A stretch of 64,000 nucleotides of DNA, from IMG/VR virus record IMGVR_UViG_3300008448_000001, positions 1 to 64,000 of that record, one strand, 5' to 3'. A program made the translations under genes and the position numbers. This document shows, one piece after another, positions 8,881 through 18,243 of the stretch (positions within the stretch are counted from its first letter, which is position 1; every line of letters starts with the position of its first letter). The notes beneath the pieces are model-generated. The model ran no database searches and was not told the DNA's origin. It saw only the letters and a program-made list of their open reading frames with translations.

Positions 8881-10428
8881 ATGGGACGCAGTATGGGTAA
8901 AGAAGTTGTTTTGATAAAAAACGGGAACATTTTGCTTGTTGATCCGGGCGTTGCAGACCAGAAAATAGTGGATATTCTGGGGCCCAAGCTTAGTTTCGAA
9001 TCGTTCCGCAAACTGGTCGGGCGTGAACTGTACGACGCAAAAAGAAACGGTTTAAAGACCTTCGCTATTGATCGGCATATCCTTTTCGAGCTGGACTTCA
9101 AGGGCCGGGTTGCCACGCCGTTTGGGTTTTGGAAAACCATATCTGAAACGCTGAGGGCCGCTGGCTATTCTGTAAGCTACAAGGACAACACGCCGACTGT
9201 CGTGAATCAACAACATAAAGCCGCGAAAAACCGAGCTTTACGTTTTGAGATGTTCATGGATAACATTGCAAGCTATCAGTTGCGAGATCATCAACCGGAG
9301 TTCCTGGATGCCATCATCAGAAACAGCTGTGGACGAATAGACTGCGCACCGGGTTTCGGTAAATCTTTCATGATTGGAATTGTGGCCTCTGTATTCCCTC
9401 GTGCGAGGATCGACGTTGTTTCCAAGCGTGTAGCGGTTCTGCGGGACAGAATTTACCCGGAGCTCACTTCGATGGTGGGTGACGTGGGTATCGTTGGCGG
9501 AGGAAAGAGCATCAAGGATCGCCGAGTTATGTGCTACACGGCTAACTCGTTGAAGCACAGCAAGGCGGACGCAGACATACTGATCGGGGACGAGTGTCAC
9601 GAACTCGCGGCGGATAAGGCGTCAGAGGAGCTCGTTCGCTATCAGGACAGTCGAAATTACGGGCTGTCGGCCAGCCACGACGTTCGTTACGACAACAAGG
9701 ACATGCGTTTGGAGGGCATATTCGGGCCGATCATCTACCGTGTTCCGTACCAGACAGCCCAAGGCTCCGGCCTGGTTGTTCCGATCGAGATAAGATGGAC
9801 AAACGTTAGACTGGACTACAATCCGTGTGCAGGGGTGGACACGGACGATTCTGTAAGGCGTAAACGCATCGGAATATGGACCAACGAATTGCGTAACTTG
9901 GCTATTGCAAACGACGCGAAAGCTTACGACAAGGACACGCAGGTTCTAATCACGGTCGACACAATTACTCACGCTTTTCATCTCAAGAAGCTGCTGCCGG
10001 AATTTACGCTGGTGTACGCGGACGAGGGACTGACGCCCGAGGAGTTGCAGAATTACAAGCGGCAGAAGTTTTGCTCTGCAACGGAGCCGCTGATGGACTT
10101 CACAAGAAAGAAGATGCTGACGCAAAAGTTTGAAAAGGGAGAGCTCAAGAAAGTGATCGCGACAACGGTGTGGAATGTCGGTGTTTCGTTCAACAATTTG
10201 ACTGTGCTTATCCGAGGTAATGGCGGTAGCAGTGCGATCGACAGCACGCAGATTCCTGGTCGCGTAAGTCGTATTGCGGACGGTAAAACTTTCGGTATTA
10301 TCCACGACTACCTCGACGGTTGGGACAAAGGCTTTGATCGTCAAACTAAAGGCCGTCTCAAGGTTTATCGCCAGCACGGTTGGGCGCAGAAATTCCCTGA
10401 CTCGCACCTTGAAAGGCTTTATTCTTAA
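8881..10428 (+). CDS. superfamily 2 DNA helicase (UvsW-like)
   Basis: CAPGFGKS Walker A, DECH, SAS motif III, QIPGRVSR motif VI; start at 8881 or 8893. Confidence 0.9.
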   Translation: MGRSMGKEVVLIKNGNILLVDPGVADQKIVDILGPKLSFESFRKLVGRELYDAKRNGLKTFAIDRHILFELDFKGRVATPFGFWKTISETLRAAGYSVSYKDNTPTVVNQQHKAAKNRALRFEMFMDNIASYQLRDHQPEFLDAIIRNSCGRIDCAPGFGKSFMIGIVASVFPRARIDVVSKRVAVLRDRIYPELTSMVGDVGIVGGGKSIKDRRVMCYTANSLKHSKADADILIGDECHELAADKASEELVRYQDSRNYGLSASHDVRYDNKDMRLEGIFGPIIYRVPYQTAQGSGLVVPIEIRWTNVRLDYNPCAGVDTDDSVRRKRIGIWTNELRNLAIANDAKAYDKDTQVLITVDTITHAFHLKKLLPEFTLVYADEGLTPEELQNYKRQKFCSATEPLMDFTRKKMLTQKFEKGELKKVIATTVWNVGVSFNNLTVLIRGNGGSSAIDSTQIPGRVSRIADGKTFGIIHDYLDGWDKGFDRQTKGRLKVYRQHGWAQKFPDSHLERLYS

Positions 10429-11222
10429 TGTTTTCGAAACCACCAAAACCTTCAAGTAGCTCCAAGCCTGTTCGCAATGAAGGTCTTTCGACCGACAGTC
10501 TTTCAGGTCATGTTTCGCTGTTCAAGCGGACGTATGTCTTAGAGCGTCGAGTTTTGGACATGTGTCGATCAGAGGGAGATTCCCCGGTATACAAGCCTGC
10601 GGCCAGTCTTGACGGCGGTAAACGATACAACACGCCGGAAGAGAAGTCGAAGCAGAACAGCTGGGAAGCAGCTTATCGCGCAGTTGCCTCCATCTGCAAA
10701 CCTGACACGCCGATCGAGTACGTTCGCATACTGTTCAACTCGCTACGGTACAGCTCGTTGCCGACTCCCAACGTGTTGCAGCTGGCTTCGGCGGCTAACG
10801 CGCAAATTGTGCGAGACTATGCAAAAGACGCGTTTAAGCGACTTCAGTCGAGTTTTATAACGGATTCGGCTAGAGCTAAAACGGAAATACTTTTGCGGCT
10901 CGGAGGGAAGGCCGGGACTAGGCAGGCTACGTTTACGGCGATATATTGCACCCTGCTGGATGCACGTTTGGGTTTATCTCCGCTTTACCGTTATTGTTTA
11001 GCGACGGATGCACTTCAAAAAGCACAGAACGAGCGTGAAGCTGGTGTGAACATGGATTTTGGAATTTCGCGTATGCAAACTTACGTGAAAGACTTGGAAT
11101 TCTTGGCAGCTTTCGACTACACCGTTTTTCCGGAAATTTACAGTTCGGTTTACGGAAGTAGTTTGCCGTCTGGTTTTAAAAAATTGGCTTTGTCTTTGGT
11201 GGATTCCGCCAGGGACGCGTAA
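10428..11222 (+). CDS. hypothetical protein in replication module
   Basis: TAATG coupling; 264 aa ORF. Confidence 0.75.
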   Translation: MFSKPPKPSSSSKPVRNEGLSTDSLSGHVSLFKRTYVLERRVLDMCRSEGDSPVYKPAASLDGGKRYNTPEEKSKQNSWEAAYRAVASICKPDTPIEYVRILFNSLRYSSLPTPNVLQLASAANAQIVRDYAKDAFKRLQSSFITDSARAKTEILLRLGGKAGTRQATFTAIYCTLLDARLGLSPLYRYCLATDALQKAQNEREAGVNMDFGISRMQTYVKDLEFLAAFDYTVFPEIYSSVYGSSLPSGFKKLALSLVDSARDA

Positions 11223-11233
11223 AGGAAATCGTC

Positions 11234-12928
11234 ATGAGTGGGCAGCAAAAAGTGCTGTCAGAAGCTCATTTGAAACTCTTTTTGGCTGTCTTGTTTCGCA
11301 ATGAGCAAGTGTTCGAGAGTTTCAAAGCAAGCCTGACAGCGAGTCATTTTGACTTTGCAGGGTATCAACTGCTCTACAAAGTTGTTTGGGATTACTTCAA
11401 CGAAAATCAATGTCTTCCGGATTTGTCGCAGATCAACGCGGACATTGCCAGTTACGTCGAAAAAGAATACTTTTCTCTCGACGATGACGAGTACGACGCG
11501 TTAGACGATTTTCTGTACTACGCTTTTGACCCTGGCCTGTTTAAGGAGCCGGACGGTCCGAAAAGCATCAAGGCAGAAAATTTCGCTTTTAACTTCGCGA
11601 CTAAGTTTTTGCTGGAGCAGCAGAAACGAGCCGCTATTTCTCAGCTGAGTGACCTCAGCGATGTAGGCCAGTTGCCGGCCATCTTTCAACAGGCTACAGC
11701 ACAAACTGAGTCGTTGATGGGTTTGTCGGTTTCCGGGGGCAGAAACCTGACGCTTCCGGTTGGCTGGGATAAACGGGCTGGTGTTTACCTGGAGTCTTGC
11801 GGTGTCAGTTTTCTGGATACCTTTCTTGAGGGTGGAACTGCCCCGGGCGAGGCCTACGGCGTGCTGGCACCGTTCGGATCCTACAAAACTACCTTGGCTG
11901 TAATGCTTTGGTACGCTGCCGCTAAGCAAGCGTGTAGTAAGTACTTGAGCGGGGAGTCGAACGGTAAAAAGGGCTTGGCAGTTCTCGTGTCTTATGAAGC
12001 GCCGTTGCAGGACGAGTTGCGGGACCGACTGCTGATGTATTCAGCACAGATATCTCGAACGCGGCTTCAAGCCATGGGCACGAACGGCGTTTCTATATTT
12101 GGAGTCGACCCGGAGACTCCGCAAGACTACGAAAAGATTTTGTTCAAGGAGCAGATAGCAAACGGTGTTTTTGAACCGGAGATGCAACGGTATGAGCGAG
12201 TTTTGCCGGTCGTGAACGAGCACACAGTTTGTCTTGATTTCACGGGCAGGCACGAGAAGTTTAAGACGGCTGGTAATCGTGGCGTATCGGAAATCGTTTC
12301 CGCGATAAAAGCGGAATTAAAGCGTTGCGGACCGGACTACTACATCGCGACCGTCATAGTCGACTATGTTGGGCTTATGGTGCAAAGAGATGCAACGGTG
12401 GACCCGAAGGAAAAACAACGCGAAGACAGGCTTTACCAGCTCGCAGGATTACAGCTTGTCAATCGCGTTGCTATGCCTTTTAACACACCTGTTTGGGCTT
12501 TTCACCAGCTTTCCGGCGAGGCAAATGCGATATTGAATCCTGCGAAAAGAATGGATCACACGCAAGCTAAAGGCTCTAGAAGTTTTGCCGAAAATCTGGC
12601 TTTCTGTTTTGTGGGTGGTCGTTTGAATGACGATTACATGGGTCAACTTTGTTGCTCCAAGCATCGGCGAGCCGGTCAGCACAATCCTGTGCTGTTAAAG
12701 GTTGACGGCTTGTTTAACACCGTCACGGCACCAGAAGGTTATACCGTGGACAGGCTTGGTAAGATCGTCAGGAAAGACAGCCTAGGTTCTTCGACTGTTT
12801 TGTCTCCGGATATGTTTAGTTCGGTTCCGGGCCTGTCGGAAACAGTAGAAGATCCTTTTGCCGATTACACAGAAGACAGCAGCATGGATTACGCTTCGGA
12901 GCAGGTTTCGAATTTAAGCGAAGAATAA
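11234..12928 (+). CDS. DnaB/gp41-like replicative helicase
   Basis: APFGSYKTT Walker A variant, VSYE, IVDYVGLM Walker B, HQLS, KHR; upstream of primase. Confidence 0.8.
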   Translation: MSGQQKVLSEAHLKLFLAVLFRNEQVFESFKASLTASHFDFAGYQLLYKVVWDYFNENQCLPDLSQINADIASYVEKEYFSLDDDEYDALDDFLYYAFDPGLFKEPDGPKSIKAENFAFNFATKFLLEQQKRAAISQLSDLSDVGQLPAIFQQATAQTESLMGLSVSGGRNLTLPVGWDKRAGVYLESCGVSFLDTFLEGGTAPGEAYGVLAPFGSYKTTLAVMLWYAAAKQACSKYLSGESNGKKGLAVLVSYEAPLQDELRDRLLMYSAQISRTRLQAMGTNGVSIFGVDPETPQDYEKILFKEQIANGVFEPEMQRYERVLPVVNEHTVCLDFTGRHEKFKTAGNRGVSEIVSAIKAELKRCGPDYYIATVIVDYVGLMVQRDATVDPKEKQREDRLYQLAGLQLVNRVAMPFNTPVWAFHQLSGEANAILNPAKRMDHTQAKGSRSFAENLAFCFVGGRLNDDYMGQLCCSKHRRAGQHNPVLLKVDGLFNTVTAPEGYTVDRLGKIVRKDSLGSSTVLSPDMFSSVPGLSETVEDPFADYTEDSSMDYASEQVSNLSEE

Positions 12929-12949
12929 ACGCAGAAAAGGGTAAGTGCA

Positions 12950-14050
12950 GTGGCAGACAAAAAACCCTTAAATATGTTGCTTTACAATCGTATTAAAGCG
13001 ACCTTTAAGAATGTCAGGATAAGTCATCAAAACGAGAAGCAAGAAAGGAACCGTCGAATTGATTTTGTTACCAATCGTGAAACGATCGACATAAAAAACT
13101 GGGGTGAGTCTTACTCTGTCTGCTGCCCGTTTTGCAACGATACTCGCTTTCGGTGTGTGATAAACCACCGGTATGGTACGCTGGACGAACACAACCGGAT
13201 TCAATCTAGGCTTGTGGTTTGCTTTAACGCCGGTTGTCCGCTGGCCTTGAAAACCCAAGACTGCTACGACCGACTTGAGCAGATGCTGACCGGAAGAAAA
13301 CTTTTTGACCTAGCTAAAGCGGAAATCGCAGTCGGTAGCGAGGTAGACATTGACGACTTCAGAATGAACTGGCCAGGTGAAGTTGTTCGCATAGATAAAC
13401 TTCCAGAAGACCATCCGGCTGTTTTGTGGCTTTCCGGAAACCGCGGTTTCAACGTGAAGAAACTCGGCACGTATTACAATGTTCACTGGTGCGTTAAAAG
13501 CAGACATGCTTTATGTCGCGACAGAATTGTCATACCGATTTACATGAACAAGAAGATGGTCGGTTTCCAAACCAGACCGCCTTACGACACAAACTGGAAG
13601 CTTGCGAGTGTTCCCAAGTACTACACCGCCAAGGGCACACCTAAGCGGCAGGTCATCTACAATCTTGGGAACATGATAAAGTGTGAAACCGGAATTGTTG
13701 TAGAGGGTGTTACGAGCGTTTGGCGGGGCGGTGATCCGTTCGGTGCTGTACTCGGTGCTGCTGTGACGCCGGCTCAATACGATTTACTCGTGAAGCACTT
13801 CAAAGACCATGCCGTTGTTTTGCTTTTCGACCCGGATCTGTTGCTAGAAAGCGAGAAGCGGAAAGTTTTGGACAGCTTGGTGGCAATCGAAAAACGCTTG
13901 AACGCGGATTTGAAAGGTGGTTGCTGCTTGGTTTGGTTGCCGGAGGGCACTGATCCGGCGGAATTCGAGGGGAATTTCTTGCGTAATTACATCGTCAATG
14001 CGGCGGCAGAGAAGGGTGTGACGGTCTCTTGGAGGAAGCGAAATGGCTAG
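12950..14050 (+). CDS. DNA primase (Zn-binding plus TOPRIM)
   Basis: CPFC..C.N.GC zinc domain, RIVIPI, FQTR, PKY, VEG, FDPD, LPEGTDP. Confidence 0.85.
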   Translation: MADKKPLNMLLYNRIKATFKNVRISHQNEKQERNRRIDFVTNRETIDIKNWGESYSVCCPFCNDTRFRCVINHRYGTLDEHNRIQSRLVVCFNAGCPLALKTQDCYDRLEQMLTGRKLFDLAKAEIAVGSEVDIDDFRMNWPGEVVRIDKLPEDHPAVLWLSGNRGFNVKKLGTYYNVHWCVKSRHALCRDRIVIPIYMNKKMVGFQTRPPYDTNWKLASVPKYYTAKGTPKRQVIYNLGNMIKCETGIVVEGVTSVWRGGDPFGAVLGAAVTPAQYDLLVKHFKDHAVVLLFDPDLLLESEKRKVLDSLVAIEKRLNADLKGGCCLVWLPEGTDPAEFEGNFLRNYIVNAAAEKGVTVSWRKRNG

Positions 14051-17000
14051 AAAGATAGAGAAGCTCGGCGGTGCCATCAGCGCTTCTGGTAAAGCAACTG
14101 TTGCCGAACAAAGACTTAAGCTGTCGCAGCTGGATAAAATACTTACAGGGTCTGAGATTTACAACTTGGACGCACCAGGTCTGCCTACGCTCTACGGCGG
14201 AAGTGCTTTTATTCAGTATGCTCAGGCGAAGGGCGACAGCAGTGATTCCTTCATGTATGACCTGATAAGGGCAGCTCTTCGGGACAAAGCGTTCGTTTTG
14301 CCAGTTGAAACGGCAGCGCATCAAACGAAAGACGCTCAGTTTTTGCCAGGGCATGTGTGGGGTTCAACTGTGGACGGGCCTAGGCGGGCCAAGATTATGA
14401 TCGTCAACAAAAACCCTTGGGTTTCAGCGATGAAAAACGGTCGTTGTTTTGGCGACGAGGATGGAAAAATCCTCATGGACATTTTTGCAGGCTGCAAGAT
14501 GACAGGTGTCGGAAACATTTACGTTACGCACCTTGTAAAGTTTATGCCGCCCAACGGTAAAACGACTTTCAGGGCTCAGTGGGTGAAGGACGGTGCTTAT
14601 CTTCTGGCACACGAGATCAAAATCGTGCAACCGGATTATATCTTGTGTCTAGGCACTGACGCCAGTAAGGCTTTGCTGGGCGACGGGCACGGTGTTAACG
14701 ACATGCTGGGTAAAGTCGTCAAGCACCGTTACAACGTTGCCTCGAACGAGAAAGACTTGGACTCGAGTTGGCGTGAGGCGAGCGTGATGACTGTCGTGCA
14801 TCCGCGTCAAACGGCAAGAGACCAGTCGGCTATCCGCGCGTTGGAAACGGGCTTAGCCGCCTTTGTAAACTTGACGCAGGGCAAGAACGTTAGCTTTGAC
14901 ACGGAAGTGGACCACAATGTGGTTTCTTCGTTTGATGAATTGATTTACTATTTTTCAGAAATCGACAAAGACTACGACCCTATTGAGGAGGTGATTGCGG
15001 TCGACGCGGAGTGGAACGGACAGCATCCGGTCAACAATGGTTCGTACATGCGGACAATTCAGCTTGCTTGGAAACCGGGAAAGGTAATCGGTATCATTCT
15101 GCATCTTGCAGGGGGTGCCGTTAATTCGGACATTGACGTCAAAAACAATCCCGAAGTTAAATCGTTGTTCAACGCTTTTTTCAAGGGAGGAAACGTCACC
15201 GTCACGCGAGAGGACGGGTCAGAAGCAGTTCTTCGGTTCAAACGCAAGCGTGTAATCGGGCACTTCTTCAACGCGGATTTGGAGTGGCTTGTTGCCTATG
15301 GTATAGACATTCAAGAGTGCTTCTCGTGCAAGCTCTATGACTTGGAAATACCTCCGGCAGATTCCGTACCGAAGGGCGCAAAGAGGCTTTTGAGCTTTTA
15401 CCTTGAAGACGGGTTTAAGCCCGGAGAAACCGTTCCGGCTTGGTACCGGACAAAGTACGAGGGCGGGGCTGACACGGGCCTTATGTGCCACGCGATAGAA
15501 GAGACGGCCAACTACAAGCTTGAGCTGCTTGCGGCCAGGTATCTTAACGCGCACAGATATGACGTGGATTTGCAAGAGTGGAAGACCAGCTACTGCAAAC
15601 AAAAGGGTCTGTCGTCGGAGTCGCTCGAAGGATATGGCGAATGCCCAGACAACGTCTTGCTGCCTTACGGCATGTGGGATGCGGATGTCACGCTTCGACT
15701 TTACTATAAGTTCAATCCTTTGCTCGATAGCGACTACGACGGTAACTGCTGCAGAGAAGCTTTTTGGGAAGCACAAATCGCCACGCCGGCTGTGTTGGAC
15801 ATTCACCGCAGCGGCATGACGCTCGACAGATCACGTGTTGATTTTCTGACGGTGCAGTTCCTTGACGGTCGAACCGCACTGGAGAGTAAAATACGCGAAA
15901 GTTTGAATTGGCCGGACTTCAACATTCGGTCTTTAACGCAGGTGCGAGAGGTCCTTTTCGGGCATTTGCTCAACGGCAAGCGAGACCCTGAGACAGGCGG
16001 TCCCGTTCGTGTGCGGCCAGCCGACGCGATCTCGTTGAACCTTATGCCGCTGTACGATACCAGCAAACCGCCGAAACAGTGGGAAGAGCTTCGACAAAAA
16101 AATGTTGAAAGCCAGCACAGCCCTTGTACCAGCAAGCAGGTTTTGTCAATTCTGGTGCAGACGGTGCCAGACGCAAAAACAAGAGAAATACTTGGGATGC
16201 TTCGGGATCACCGCTTTCTTGACCAAGCGTTGAAAACGGTTTTAAGGCCACCAAATACCGATCCTTGTACACAGGAAACTTGTTATGACGCTGACGGAAA
16301 CATGGAGTACGACAAGGGCCTAGCTTCCGTTTGTTGCTCAGACGGTAAAATCAGGACGCACATATACCAGACGAAGGAGACTGGTAGGTGGTCGAGCGCT
16401 AGACCCAACCTGACGAACATATCGAAGAAGCGTGACAAGGATTTCAAACGCATTCTAGGTAGCAGGTACAAGTATAAACTGCGAAGTATTTTAAAGGCCT
16501 CTCCGGGACACGTTTTCGTTGAAGCTGACTACGTCGGAGCAGAGCTTTTCGGTATGGCTGTTATGTCGGGAGACACAGCCATGATCGAGCACGCAAGGCG
16601 TAACCAGTTGGAGGACACGCACCCCAATTACTATGACATTCACTCGAATGTGGCAGTTAACGCCTTCAAGCTGAAATGCCCTCCAACCAAAAAAGGTCTG
16701 GAGCAGATCAAAAAGGATCACCTCCGCAACGTGGCGAAGTCCGTTATTTTCGGGATTGCTTACGGGCGAGGTGCCAAGGCTATTTCAGTGGGTGCGAAGG
16801 AGGAAGGTATCGATATTTCGGTGGACGAAGCAAGAGCGGTTATCAAGACCATTTTCGCAACGTACCCGAAGCTCGTACCGTTCTTCGAGGGTTGCAAGGA
16901 GCGTGCACGCGGTTACTACTTGGATAGTAATCATCAACCTGTGTCCGTACCGCGATACCTGTGCAACTGCTTTGGGCGATTTAGGCGTTTTCCGGACAGC

Positions 17001-17564
17001 TTTGGCGCTAGCGATTTGGAATCCGAGTTTGAACGGCAAGCTATGAATTTCCCGATTCAAAGCATGATTGCTTCGGTGGCAAGCAGGGCTGTTGGTTACC
17101 TGATTGACTACAGGAACAAGCAGATCAGCCTCGGGCACCACATGTTCAATTTGCTTCTGCAGATCCATGACGCATTGATCTTGGAGGTTCCGTACCGCTA
17201 CGTTAAACACGTGTGCGAGTATGTCATTCCTACGTACATGCGAAAAGCCGTCCCTATTTTCCCGACGCACATTAGCGGTATGCTCGAGGGTGAGCCCACA
17301 GGTGCGGGTCCCTTCTACCTTGGTATTGAGGGGGAGGTGACTACAAACTGGGGCGAGCGTATATTTGACGCGGACGCCAAAAGGCTTGGTCTGCCCGTAG
17401 GTCGTGGCGTTGTAGACGGATGCGTCGTGCACTATAGTCAGACGCCAAAAGCAGGCGAAGAGAGATCCGTTGTGGACGTCTCGAAACCTCGCGTCAAGCG
17501 AGACATAACACCTCCGGATCCGTATGTACCTGGTAAGTTCAAGTCATCAAAACGTAGGCGATAA
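14043..17564 (+). CDS. family A DNA polymerase with N-terminal uracil-DNA-glycosylase-like domain and 3'-5' exonuclease
   Basis: UDG-like block (YVTHLVK, EIKIVQPDYILCLG, HP); Exo I/II/III (VDAE, NADL, YGMWD); TGRWSS; motif A DYVGAEL; motif B RNVAKSVIFGIAYG; motif C QIHD. Confidence 0.95.
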   Translation: MARKIEKLGGAISASGKATVAEQRLKLSQLDKILTGSEIYNLDAPGLPTLYGGSAFIQYAQAKGDSSDSFMYDLIRAALRDKAFVLPVETAAHQTKDAQFLPGHVWGSTVDGPRRAKIMIVNKNPWVSAMKNGRCFGDEDGKILMDIFAGCKMTGVGNIYVTHLVKFMPPNGKTTFRAQWVKDGAYLLAHEIKIVQPDYILCLGTDASKALLGDGHGVNDMLGKVVKHRYNVASNEKDLDSSWREASVMTVVHPRQTARDQSAIRALETGLAAFVNLTQGKNVSFDTEVDHNVVSSFDELIYYFSEIDKDYDPIEEVIAVDAEWNGQHPVNNGSYMRTIQLAWKPGKVIGIILHLAGGAVNSDIDVKNNPEVKSLFNAFFKGGNVTVTREDGSEAVLRFKRKRVIGHFFNADLEWLVAYGIDIQECFSCKLYDLEIPPADSVPKGAKRLLSFYLEDGFKPGETVPAWYRTKYEGGADTGLMCHAIEETANYKLELLAARYLNAHRYDVDLQEWKTSYCKQKGLSSESLEGYGECPDNVLLPYGMWDADVTLRLYYKFNPLLDSDYDGNCCREAFWEAQIATPAVLDIHRSGMTLDRSRVDFLTVQFLDGRTALESKIRESLNWPDFNIRSLTQVREVLFGHLLNGKRDPETGGPVRVRPADAISLNLMPLYDTSKPPKQWEELRQKNVESQHSPCTSKQVLSILVQTVPDAKTREILGMLRDHRFLDQALKTVLRPPNTDPCTQETCYDADGNMEYDKGLASVCCSDGKIRTHIYQTKETGRWSSARPNLTNISKKRDKDFKRILGSRYKYKLRSILKASPGHVFVEADYVGAELFGMAVMSGDTAMIEHARRNQLEDTHPNYYDIHSNVAVNAFKLKCPPTKKGLEQIKKDHLRNVAKSVIFGIAYGRGAKAISVGAKEEGIDISVDEARAVIKTIFATYPKLVPFFEGCKERARGYYLDSNHQPVSVPRYLCNCFGRFRRFPDSFGASDLESEFERQAMNFPIQSMIASVASRAVGYLIDYRNKQISLGHHMFNLLLQIHDALILEVPYRYVKHVCEYVIPTYMRKAVPIFPTHISGMLEGEPTGAGPFYLGIEGEVTTNWGERIFDADAKRLGLPVGRGVVDGCVVHYSQTPKAGEERSVVDVSKPRVKRDITPPDPYVPGKFKSSKRRR

Positions 17565-17569
17565 ATAGA

Positions 17570-18241
17570 ATGTTGCTTTGTATCGAAGGCATTGATGGTT
17601 CGGGCAAAGGAACCATCACCAAGTTGTTAAAGGAGCACTTTGACCGGGCCGGCAAGAAAACACAGTTGTTTTCTTTTCCAGCTTACGGAAAAAACGCTTG
17701 GAGCGAGCTCATCGGAAAGTATTTAGACGGCCAATTTGGACGTTTTCCGATAGAGGTGCAAGCCTCTTTGTTTGCGTTAGAGCGACTTCACTCCAAGGAG
17801 GAGCTGAAGGCGGCATTGGCTTGTAATGACATTGTCTTTTGCGACAGGTATGTTCCGAGCAACTTGGCTTACGCTGCTGCTGGCGTAGAAAGGGAGAGAG
17901 AGCAGCAGATCATTAAATTGATTTTGGATTTAGAGTACGAAAAAATGGGTTTACCTCGCCCCGACGGAATTGTCTTCATGGACATGCCGTTGGATTTGGC
18001 TATCAGCAACGTCGCTAAAAAGCAGGAAAGACGCTACACAAAAAACGTTCTGGATCTGCTTGAAAGGCAGCGAGAGCTGTTGCATAATGTCGCTGGCTTT
18101 TACGCGCAAATGCAGCAGTGGCACCCCGATGCCAAGTTTTTGCGGGTCGATTGCACAACCGGCGAAAAACAGGACGATTTGAGGTATTTTCCAGAGTTAG
18201 TTTCAGAAGTTGTTTCATTTATTCAGAGTTTTTTGGAGTAA
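17570..18241 (+). CDS. tmk: thymidylate (dTMP) kinase
   Basis: IEGIDGSGKGT, SFP, DRYVPSNLAY, LPRPD. Confidence 0.92.
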   Translation: MLLCIEGIDGSGKGTITKLLKEHFDRAGKKTQLFSFPAYGKNAWSELIGKYLDGQFGRFPIEVQASLFALERLHSKEELKAALACNDIVFCDRYVPSNLAYAAAGVEREREQQIIKLILDLEYEKMGLPRPDGIVFMDMPLDLAISNVAKKQERRYTKNVLDLLERQRELLHNVAGFYAQMQQWHPDAKFLRVDCTTGEKQDDLRYFPELVSEVVSFIQSFLE

Positions 18242-18243
18242 CA

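Noticed and set aside
8733-9140. Minus-strand ORF or Thr-rich leader peptide (MASAATTTAKPITTR)
   Set aside because: It is antisense to well-supported genes, and there is no amino-acid biosynthesis operon to attenuate.
14043-17564. Intein or intron in the long DNA polymerase
   Set aside because: The extra length is explained by the UDG-like domain and short insertions; no intein C...HN/C-S-T ends or LAGLIDADG motifs were seen.
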